In this document: one piece after another, positions 56,951-64,000 of the stretch | Layout: each line of letters begins with the position of its first letter | Position numbering within the stretch: the first letter of the stretch is position 1 | Origin: a candidate division WOR-3 bacterium | Lineage (GTDB): Bacteria > Hydrothermota > Tepidihabitantia > SM23-42 > JAOAFX01 | Length of the DNA stretch: 64,000 bases | Assembly: GCA_037444665.1 (NCBI GenBank) | Contig: JBBILZ010000001.1 | Span: forward strand, 1 to 64,000 | Reading direction: 5' to 3' | Notes under the pieces: generated by a model | Seen by the model: only the letters and a program-made list of their open reading frames with translations | Database searches by the model: none | What the model was told of the DNA's origin: nothing | Program-made: the position numbers and the translations under genes

Positions 56951-58009
56951 ATGAATAAAATATTATTTAAATATTTCAGTTTTCAGCATTATATTATCTC
57001 AGAAAAAAAAGCGCTGGTGATTTTTTTATTATCAATAATCACCCTCTGCTCTGCTCAGATCTGGCAACCTGGTGCTACTGGATATACATTTTTGAAATTG
57101 GGTATTGGTGTTCGTCCAGTGGCAATGGGTAATGCATTTACTGCTTTGAGCGATGATGGCAATGCAGTATTCTGGAACCCGGCAGGGCTCGGCGTTAATA
57201 ACAGTTATTATATTTCGGGTATGGGAATGTCGCATCTTGGTTTTATCCAGTATTATAATCTAACTTCATCAATCTTTTTAGGCAAAAAGGCCGGCTCACT
57301 GGGCATTGGTATTTGCTACCTGACTGCAAAAGATACAAGGCGTGATGAGGCAGGCAATGAATCTGAAGATTTCCGTAATTCTGATATGCTGTTAAATTGT
57401 GGTTATGGAAAGAGTATTGGCAAAAAAAATCAAATCTCATTTGGTGGTGGTGCAAAAGTTGTTTACAGTCGGCTGGAGAGTGTGAGTGCCTATGGATTCC
57501 TGGGTGATTTTGGTCTAATACTACATCCTGTTAAATTTATTTATTTAGGAACCACAATCAAAAATTTAGGCACACCAAGAAAGTTTATTGAAAAGTGGGA
57601 ATATCCACCAGTAAATTTTCGGCAGGGGCTTGCCTTAAAAATACCATTCGGTCAAAGCCACTGGGCACTGAGCATTGATTATTCTCTATATCCAGACTAT
57701 ATACCAACATTTTCTATTGGTAGTGAAGTTCACATTCGTGAACCAAAGATAATGCAACAAACTACCAAAGCAATATTTGGTCAGGAAACAATGATTTCGG
57801 GATTTTCCTTGATGGCTGGTTATCAGACTGGTTATCAGGACCTGGGCTGGTCAGGTTTAACTTTTGGTTTTTCTTTAGAGATAATGATAGGCTCGGGACT
57901 ATTTCTTGATATTGGTGCAGTAGCTCTCTCCTACGGATATTTAGGCTATTCTGAGCGTATCGGTATTGGATTAAATTATGCGCCAGAGTTAAAGAAGGCA
58001 AAGAGTTAG
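56951..58009 (+). CDS. PorV/PorQ-family outer-membrane protein
   Basis: FLKLGIGVRPVAMGNAFTALSDD.NAVFWNPAGL signature; beta-barrel strands. Confidence 0.85.
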   Translation: MNKILFKYFSFQHYIISEKKALVIFLLSIITLCSAQIWQPGATGYTFLKLGIGVRPVAMGNAFTALSDDGNAVFWNPAGLGVNNSYYISGMGMSHLGFIQYYNLTSSIFLGKKAGSLGIGICYLTAKDTRRDEAGNESEDFRNSDMLLNCGYGKSIGKKNQISFGGGAKVVYSRLESVSAYGFLGDFGLILHPVKFIYLGTTIKNLGTPRKFIEKWEYPPVNFRQGLALKIPFGQSHWALSIDYSLYPDYIPTFSIGSEVHIREPKIMQQTTKAIFGQETMISGFSLMAGYQTGYQDLGWSGLTFGFSLEIMIGSGLFLDIGAVALSYGYLGYSERIGIGLNYAPELKKAKS

Positions 58010-58976
58010 TATAATTACTCGCCGCATTCCAGATTAGTATTCCATCTGCATCAGCATTCATAGCACCCAATATTTGAGAAAATATATAATCATCATTATA
58101 GTCTTCAGCATAAAGGTCAAAACCCTGGACAAATGGAATCACCTTTACATTGAGTGGTAATTTTTTGAATGCCTCTTCTACTGAATCAAAATAGATCCAG
58201 TAGTTCCGCCAGTATTCGCAGACCTCTTTTTTAAAGTTAGGATGAAAATGTGAAGGATAGAGCATTGGATAGACAACATCTACAACCGCGCCAAAGCGTG
58301 AGACTTCCTGGCCTTCGGTCTTTAAATCATACCACACTGCATAGCCAAAGATGCAGATGCCAATCTCAGCGTCAACCTTTTTTCTGACCTCTTCAAGGAA
58401 TCCAATGATTGGCTCATACCTTGAACCTTTGACATCGGTCCATCTGATGCTCTCAAGGTTCCCATCTGTTGGAAATCTTATGTAGTCAAAAGCAAATGAA
58501 TGAACCCCTTTTTTTGTCAACTCCTCAACAATACTTATCAGATACTGTTGCACTCTTTTATTATATGGATTTACCCAGGCAGTCCCTGTTTTATCATACC
58601 AGATTTTACCTGCTGTATCACGGATTGCACAATCATCATATTGAGCAAGATAACCATCACGAAAGCAGACAATCCTTGCAATCAATTTCACATTTTTCTC
58701 TTTACATCTTTTAATCAAATAATCAAGGTCAATGTATTTTCTGAATGCCTTAAGTTCCTTAACTAAATTTAGTTCTGATTCATAGGTGAGATAACCATAA
58801 TCACCTTTTAAATCCACAACGATTGTATTAATATAACCAGAGTCAGCATAAGCAAAGACCTTTTCTAAATAACTCTTCTTGCCTGCCTGATAAGGATTCA
58901 GATAGATACCCTGAATAAGACTATCAGGATTAGTCAAAAATATTGAATACAGGACAAATATTACACAGGGGTTCAT
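57762..58976 (-). CDS. Putative glycoside hydrolase (DUF4015-like)
   Basis: VVDLKGDYG, IARIVCFRD, WVNPY, FDYIRFP, PMLYPSH, WNA.SNY; tail overlaps the porV-like gene antisense. Confidence 0.8.
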   Translation of the reverse strand: MNPCVIFVLYSIFLTNPDSLIQGIYLNPYQAGKKSYLEKVFAYADSGYINTIVVDLKGDYGYLTYESELNLVKELKAFRKYIDLDYLIKRCKEKNVKLIARIVCFRDGYLAQYDDCAIRDTAGKIWYDKTGTAWVNPYNKRVQQYLISIVEELTKKGVHSFAFDYIRFPTDGNLESIRWTDVKGSRYEPIIGFLEEVRKKVDAEIGICIFGYAVWYDLKTEGQEVSRFGAVVDVVYPMLYPSHFHPNFKKEVCEYWRNYWIYFDSVEEAFKKLPLNVKVIPFVQGFDLYAEDYNDDYIFSQILGAMNADADGILIWNAASNYTNSLPSLTLAHNLIQYRYAQNSLNIRRRELLHQYQEIVPSLSLSLKKNQKLNLTSPGPDNQSDNQPSRKIPKSLFPDQILLW

Positions 58977-59595
58977 TTTTCTTACAGAATTCTTTACCCA
59001 ATCTAACAATTAAAGCATGGTATTCATTGTATAATTGAGTATCTTTATATAAATTATCTTCAAATAATCTTTTGACCTCATCATAGTGAGCATCCTGGTT
59101 TATTAACTTATGCCTTGATAATATCCTGCGGGTATATGCATCAACCACAAAAACCGGTCTGCCCAGCGCATAAAGAAGAATGGAATCAGCAGTCTCATAC
59201 CCAATCCCCGGGATAGAGAGAAGTTCTTTTCTGATAATTTCTGTAGCCCTGGTTTCAAAATTTGCGATATCGCCTTCATAATTCTCAACAAAATACTTTA
59301 AGAAAGCAATCAATCTTTTGCTCTTCAGTCTATAGAATCCAGATGGCTTTATTAAATCTGGAATTCTGTCCATATTTTTTAACAATTTTTTGGGATTCAT
59401 TAATTTTGCTTTTTTAATGTTATTGATTGCCTTTTCTACATTTTTCCAGCTTGTATTCTGGGTGAGAATAGCACCTATCATAATCTCAAATGGCGAATCT
59501 CCAGGCCACCAGTATTGGGGACCAAATTTATTAAAAAGACAATAATAAATATTTAAAAATAATTTACCTGAATCTTTATCTCTCTTTTTGCCCAT
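58930..59595 (-). CDS. Endonuclease III-related HhH-GPD DNA glycosylase
   Basis: WWPG, GAILTQNT.W.NVEKA, GIGYETADSILLY, VVDAYT.R, HALIV..GK..C. Confidence 0.9.
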   Translation of the reverse strand: MGKKRDKDSGKLFLNIYYCLFNKFGPQYWWPGDSPFEIMIGAILTQNTSWKNVEKAINNIKKAKLMNPKKLLKNMDRIPDLIKPSGFYRLKSKRLIAFLKYFVENYEGDIANFETRATEIIRKELLSIPGIGYETADSILLYALGRPVFVVDAYTRRILSRHKLINQDAHYDEVKRLFEDNLYKDTQLYNEYHALIVRLGKEFCKKNEPLCNICPVFNIFD

Positions 59596-59625
59596 TAATA
59601 ACTGGATACAATCTGAGTTGATTTT

Positions 59626-60270
59626 TTATTCTAAGTGATAGTCAGTGAGACTGAACTCACCATTACTATTCTTGAATCTAACCAGACCTATACCCGGTGC
59701 ATAGTATTCTTCTAAATATATCTGTTGGGAAATAGTTGAATCTGGTGTCGCAACAGACTCAGATATTGAGATAATAACCTTATAGACCTCGCCATAGAGT
59801 TCATCATCTTGATAGTCTGAAACCAATCCCTCTATCAAATATCTTGCCTTTATCCATTCACCAAAAAAATCAAGTGAATCTGAAAGCGAATCAATGAATC
59901 TATTTCCAGTGACCAATGGCAGTTCAAGTCTGGTAATATAACCCTGTAAAATTGTATAAATAGAGCCACCATAATTGTGCGTTATCTCTATATATTCTTT
60001 GATGCCTTTGATATCCTTAGAAAAATAATGGAATTCACCAGAAGCATTGAAAGGATAAACTTCCCTTTGTAATAATGTATCCACTGGTTCAACTGTAATA
60101 CTCACAATCTCGGGTTTGTATAAATCATTATTTGCGTATCGCCACCAATTCCCTTCTTTTACTGGAAAGTATTCACTGCCCGAACGCTCAATAATATTAT
60201 TCTTGCAGGAATTAGAAGAGATTATTATTATACACACTAAAACAGTTCTTATCAGCAATTTAAAATTCAT
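59626..60270 (-). CDS. Hypothetical lipoprotein
   Basis: Hydrophobic N-terminus followed by SNSC; YFP..GN.W.Y and YYAPGIGLV motifs. Confidence 0.7.
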   Translation of the reverse strand: MNFKLLIRTVLVCIIIISSNSCKNNIIERSGSEYFPVKEGNWWRYANNDLYKPEIVSITVEPVDTLLQREVYPFNASGEFHYFSKDIKGIKEYIEITHNYGGSIYTILQGYITRLELPLVTGNRFIDSLSDSLDFFGEWIKARYLIEGLVSDYQDDELYGEVYKVIISISESVATPDSTISQQIYLEEYYAPGIGLVRFKNSNGEFSLTDYHLE

Positions 60271-60724
60271 AACCAATCCCTAAATTTATGCCCAGGCTAC
60301 CAGCTTGGGCTTTAAAATCAGTTATACCACTGTAATAGAACATAGGATAGATATTCAGTGCCTCATAATGGAAATTTATGAGAAAACCGATTGTGTAATT
60401 GAATCCTATACCCCACTCCTTATTTTTGTTCAATGTTCTTGATACATAGCCACCACCAAATTCTAAGAATGGTGATATGCGCCAGTTCATTTTTTTTATC
60501 AAAAGTGTAACACCATAGTTACTAAAAGAATATCCCGGATTCTTTCCCTGATAATAAGAACCAAACAGCCCGAGGTCTAAATAGACATTATGATTTAAAT
60601 CTTCTTTACCGATAAATGCTTTAAAAGATAGACCGTTGTTCAACTCATTATCAAGCCCGATGATTGGTTGATTAAAACCTGCCTCAACACCTGCATGTAT
60701 ACTCAATATTACAATCAATAACAT
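60260..60724 (-). CDS. Small outer-membrane beta-barrel protein
   Basis: Amphipathic beta strands; ends GIGYEF. Confidence 0.65.
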   Translation of the reverse strand: MLLIVILSIHAGVEAGFNQPIIGLDNELNNGLSFKAFIGKEDLNHNVYLDLGLFGSYYQGKNPGYSFSNYGVTLLIKKMNWRISPFLEFGGGYVSRTLNKNKEWGIGFNYTIGFLINFHYEALNIYPMFYYSGITDFKAQAGSLGINLGIGYEF

Positions 60725-60729
60725 ACTAA

Positions 60730-60757
60730 ATAATAACTAAAAAAAAATAAAAGTCAA
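60730..60757 (-). promoter_or_regulatory. Promoter TTGACT-N16-TATTAT, 5 nt before the ATG at 60724
   Basis: Hexamers visible directly in the sequence. Confidence 0.65.
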
Positions 60758-60829
60758 GAGAAAATGCACAGATAAATTTTTAGAGCTTTTCCTGAAAATG
60801 TAGTGTAGGGCTTTATGCACGTGAAATAA

Positions 60830-60892
60830 AGGATATCAAGATATCAGAATATCAGAGGGAAGGGCATCAGGGTAGCAGGGTATCAGAGTATT
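60830..60892. repeat. Degenerate octamer tandem repeats
   Basis: gatatcaa/gatatcag/aatatcag/ggcatcag/ggtagcag/ggtatcag. Confidence 0.6.
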
Positions 60893-60959
60893 TAATTGTA
60901 TTGTAGTTTCAGTACATTTCACCACGCAACATTACGGACTAAATTCTAAGCACTAAAAG

Positions 60960-61132
60960 AATCGTTTATCAGTTTATCCGCCAAACTGTATGGCGGACGA
61001 AAATCGCTTCGGTTAGGTTTTTGTAGTCGTTCAACGACAAACGACACCGTTAGACGAAACGCATCTCTAAACCGACAAACGTTTAACGATTTACGTGGGT
61101 AACTGAGATTTAAATATTGGTGTGGATTATGT
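60960..61132 (-). repeat. Dispersed palindromic repeat family A, with tccgcca-N7-tggcgga hairpin
   Basis: Homologous to 22618-22746 in inverted orientation. Confidence 0.75.
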
Positions 61133-61249
61133 TCCCCGATTCCTCCTGATTCCATTTCAGCATTTAGGTATTTAGGCATTTTGGACTTTTAGGCATTTTA
61201 TTTTATAAGTCATGGTCATTTAAGTTTACCGCACAAGTTTTAGTATATA

Positions 61250-61266
61250 TGCACAATTTTTGTGCA
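61250..61266. promoter_or_regulatory. Palindromic activator site TGCACAATTTTTGTGCA
   Basis: Identical to 40211-40227. Confidence 0.75.
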
Positions 61267-61305
61267 TTATTTATGAAAAACTCCCGAAATTTCAAGGCTT
61301 TAACC

Positions 61306-61321
61306 TGGCACAGGATTTGCA
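61306..61321 (+). promoter_or_regulatory. Sigma-54 promoter TGGCAC-N5-TTGCA
   Basis: TGGCACaggatTTGCA upstream of GAGG and the ATG at 61345. Confidence 0.82.
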
Positions 61322-61344
61322 TATTATATTGGCAGAGGTGCCAA

Positions 61345-62115
61345 ATGAAAAGAATAAAAGATTCCCTTCAATTGATTCTGGTCGCATCCGGGCTAATTTT
61401 TTCGCCCTGCTGTTATGAAGAAGCAGACAATGAGCCACCTGCAGTTCCCAGAGGTTTGAATTCCATTACTGGTGACGAACAAGTGATGCTCACCTGGTAT
61501 CAGAATACTGAACCTGACCTTGCTGGTTATAGGGTCTTTCGCAGTCCTGCACCAGAAGGACCTTATTATCTTATCGGTGAAACAAACTTAGATTATTTCC
61601 TTGATTATGGTTTAATGAACGGACAAACCTATTTCTATGCAATCTCTGCTTATGACATACATAATAACGAAAGTGAACTTTCTTATGAGACGGTCTATGA
61701 TACACCCAGACCCGAAGGATTTGATGAAAAAATCTTTGATTATACTGAATACCCTGCGTATGCTGGTTGGGACTTCAGCAATTATACAGTAGTTCCATAC
61801 AATTATTCAAACTGTGATTTTTATTTTGGTTATGACGATTACAATAATTCTTATTATTTCTTCATTGGTAAGCCCGGTGGATTGATTCAGGATATGGGTT
61901 ATACCTATTCTTTTGATGAGATTGGTTATGCGCCTGATGATGGTTGGTCTCCAACCGGCATTGCACAAGCCATTGAAGGCCATACCTATGTTATCTGGAC
62001 CTGGGACAACCATTTTGCCAAAGTCCGTATCACATCAATAAAATCTGATTATGTCGTGTTTGACTGGGCATACCAGGTTGACCCGGGTAACCCGGAACTG
62101 GTGAGGAAAAAATGA
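61345..62115 (+). CDS. Putative lipoprotein with fibronectin type III domain
   Basis: Signal followed by Cys; PPAVPRGL...LTW...DLAGYRVFRS...YFYAISAYD...ESELS. Confidence 0.8.
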   Translation: MKRIKDSLQLILVASGLIFSPCCYEEADNEPPAVPRGLNSITGDEQVMLTWYQNTEPDLAGYRVFRSPAPEGPYYLIGETNLDYFLDYGLMNGQTYFYAISAYDIHNNESELSYETVYDTPRPEGFDEKIFDYTEYPAYAGWDFSNYTVVPYNYSNCDFYFGYDDYNNSYYFFIGKPGGLIQDMGYTYSFDEIGYAPDDGWSPTGIAQAIEGHTYVIWTWDNHFAKVRITSIKSDYVVFDWAYQVDPGNPELVRKK

Positions 62116-62156
62116 AAAATAATCTGCATTTTTGCAGAGCAACAAAGGAGGTTAAA

Positions 62157-63131
62157 ATGAAACGCTTATTTTTACTCACCCTTGCCGCAATCCCACTATT
62201 TGCATTCAGTGTCAATTTCATCTACTGCGATTATGATTATGATGATGACTACTGGAACGATGAATACTGGTATCCTGAACCCGATTATTATGATGACTAC
62301 TGGGTCTATTACCCACATGGCTATTATTGTGTTTACTATGTGTGGTACCATCCCTGGTGGTGGGATTGGTATTGGTGGCATTGCCATTGGTGCCACCATT
62401 TTGACTGGCACTTTTTCCGTGCTGGTTTCTATGTTGTCTGGTATGAAGACGGATGCTGGTGGTTCAGACCGAGATATGGCAGGTGGGTACGATACAAAGT
62501 TCCCTATGCCTATAATGAATTCAGATATAAAGCAAGGTCCTATGGAGTCAATCTTCCAGAAAAGCCCACAAGGGAAATTAATATTCCTTATAATGAAAAA
62601 GAGATTCAACGCCTGACAAAAGAAAAGGACCCACAACTATATGCACGCATAGAAAAAGAGTACAGGTCAGGGAACCTGGACAGAATGAAGCAAGAATACG
62701 AAACAAAAGTAAAAAGAGAAATTGCAGTGAAGAATGAAGAATACAGAAAAACAAAATTACAAAACCCGGCTGATGAACGATATAATACAGGCAAGGATGT
62801 AAATAATAAAACAATTGACCGAAGAAAATCTGATTCTTATAATGATGATAGGCAAAAGTCAGATTATAATGAGTCAAGAATAATAAAGAAGTCTAAAAAT
62901 GTGCCTGACAATGATACTGAAACTCCTGAAAGATATGACGAATCTGATAATAGAAAATACGAGCAAAAAAAGAATTACACAGCACCAGACAAGTCTAAAC
63001 AAACTGAACGCGGAGACGAATACAACGCACCAAAAACTCCAAAAACACCAATCAGAAACCTACCCCCACCTGACCAGGAACAGGAAAAAAGAACGGTTAA
63101 AAAACAGAGTGTGCAAAAATCAAGGAGATAA
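62157..63131 (+). CDS. Exported protein with a Trp/Tyr/His/Cys-rich domain and a charged low-complexity tail
   Basis: AAGGAGG RBS; signal peptide MKRLFLLTLAAIPLFA; HPWWWDWYWWHCHWCHHFDWH. Confidence 0.75.
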   Translation: MKRLFLLTLAAIPLFAFSVNFIYCDYDYDDDYWNDEYWYPEPDYYDDYWVYYPHGYYCVYYVWYHPWWWDWYWWHCHWCHHFDWHFFRAGFYVVWYEDGCWWFRPRYGRWVRYKVPYAYNEFRYKARSYGVNLPEKPTREINIPYNEKEIQRLTKEKDPQLYARIEKEYRSGNLDRMKQEYETKVKREIAVKNEEYRKTKLQNPADERYNTGKDVNNKTIDRRKSDSYNDDRQKSDYNESRIIKKSKNVPDNDTETPERYDESDNRKYEQKKNYTAPDKSKQTERGDEYNAPKTPKTPIRNLPPPDQEQEKRTVKKQSVQKSRR

Positions 63132-63133
63132 AA

Positions 63134-63781
63134 ATGTTCACCACCATATTTTTCTTAATCATCAGCATAAATACAGAAACAGTTGCGATGACTACTCCGG
63201 ACAATTCATTAAATATTGAGAGCTGGCTTAATAAAGACGAACCCGTATATGTCCCTGGTGAACGACTGAAAATCTTCTTTAAGGTGGATAAGGACTGCTA
63301 TGTCGCAGTCTATGATATTGATGTTGGGGGAAGGGAAAATCTTCTCTTCCCCCAGCAAGGGGACAATGGATTTGTTCAGGCAAATAAGGTCTATGAACTA
63401 CCCCCTGCAGATGCAGATTTTGATTATGAGATAACCGGCCCTGAAGGCATAGAAAAAATTATTATTCTTGCCTCAATTAAAGAATTGCCTGACCTTGCTG
63501 ATACCATAGAAGTATCAAAAAGAGAAATTGAGCTATCCATTGAAGAACCAGAGCCAGCAAAACTGAGAATTATCTCAACACCTCCCAAATCCAGGATCTA
63601 TATCAAAGAAGTAATGACTGGCGAGCGTGTTTATGTCGGAAAAACACCACGGACCATTGTCTTAAAGCCTGGCGAATATATTGTGGAGATAAAAAAATTA
63701 GGGTATCAGACCATTAAAAGGCGAATCTGGCTTGAGCCGGAAGAAAAAAGAAGGATCTATGTTAGTCTATGGCCCTGGTAA
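63134..63781 (+). CDS. DUF4384 + PEGA domain protein
   Basis: Y.PGE.LKI.F...DCYV...LLFP...GPEG.EKI.ILAS; LRIISTP...VGKTP...PGEY.VEIKK.GY. Confidence 0.8.
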   Translation: MFTTIFFLIISINTETVAMTTPDNSLNIESWLNKDEPVYVPGERLKIFFKVDKDCYVAVYDIDVGGRENLLFPQQGDNGFVQANKVYELPPADADFDYEITGPEGIEKIIILASIKELPDLADTIEVSKREIELSIEEPEPAKLRIISTPPKSRIYIKEVMTGERVYVGKTPRTIVLKPGEYIVEIKKLGYQTIKRRIWLEPEEKRRIYVSLWPW

Positions 63782-63783
63782 TC

Positions 63784-63811
63784 TTGACAAACCAATTATA
63801 TTTTATATAAT
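63784..63811 (+). promoter_or_regulatory. Promoter TTGACA-N16-TATAAT
   Basis: Perfect hexamers followed by GAGGAG and the ATG at 63824. Confidence 0.75.
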
Positions 63812-63823
63812 TGAGGAGTTAAA

Positions 63824-64000
63824 ATGAATAGAATATTCTTAAGCATTATCTTTATTCTCGGTAGTTTATGGGCAGTGAAACCTGTGCCCAGAATTGAAAA
63901 AACAGATGAAGACAAAAAACCTGTTATACAGATTCAGATTCCTGATGAGAATAAAGAGGACCAAAAAGAACAGAATAATAATTCTTTAGAGACTAACAAA
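63824..64000 (+). CDS. Exported protein, partial (runs off the window)
   Basis: MNRIFLSIIFILGSLWAVKPVPRIEK..., open to the window end. Confidence 0.7.
   Translation, partial: MNRIFLSIIFILGSLWAVKPVPRIEKTDEDKKPVIQIQIPDENKEDQKEQNNNSLETNK

Noticed and set aside
60946..61179. 77-aa ORF on the minus strand
   Set aside because: Coincides with non-coding repeat family A; no RBS or protein-like features.
61249..61344. ORF-track N-terminal extensions (61249, 62112, 33517, 48530, 3219, 24440)
   Set aside because: They run through promoter or operator sequence, or lie upstream of a clear SD; downstream ATGs fit better.

Overview
AT-rich chromosome segment of a diderm, probably anaerobic bacterium. Evidence: Lol transporter, beta-barrels, PorV-like protein, T9SS-like C-terminal domains, rubrerythrin, HypD and FBP aldolase/phosphatase; a WOR-3/FCB-type candidate lineage is my guess, not a demonstrated result. 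The core is housekeeping: the distal spc/alpha ribosomal cluster (rpsH to rplQ, tsaD), rlmN, sucCD, rtcB-tldD-tldE-uvrC, lysS-lolCE-lolD-mcsAB and fbp. Four accessory blocks stand out. (1) 1-3.2 kb: an HTH + HinP1I-family endonuclease + amino-methyltransferase operon bracketed by a perfect inverted repeat of at least 101 bp, possibly an invertible switch. (2) 22.5-24.9 kb: a patch of IS/REP remnants that splits the spc operon. (3) 45.1-55.6 kb: a divergent pair of candidate immunity/signalling systems. One is a hypothetical gene plus two tandem BrxD/DUF2791-like ATPases, one carrying a Tudor-like N-terminus. The other is a sAC-like double-cyclase STAND NTPase cut off at its first TPR and followed by three separately encoded, interchangeable-looking TPR genes. 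(4) Two envelope loci sharing a sigma-54 promoter and an identical 17-bp palindromic upstream site. Most sigma-70-like promoters in the window have a 16-bp spacer, and several genes look leaderless. No rRNA, tRNA or CRISPR array was seen. Family assignments come from recognised motifs, not database searches.
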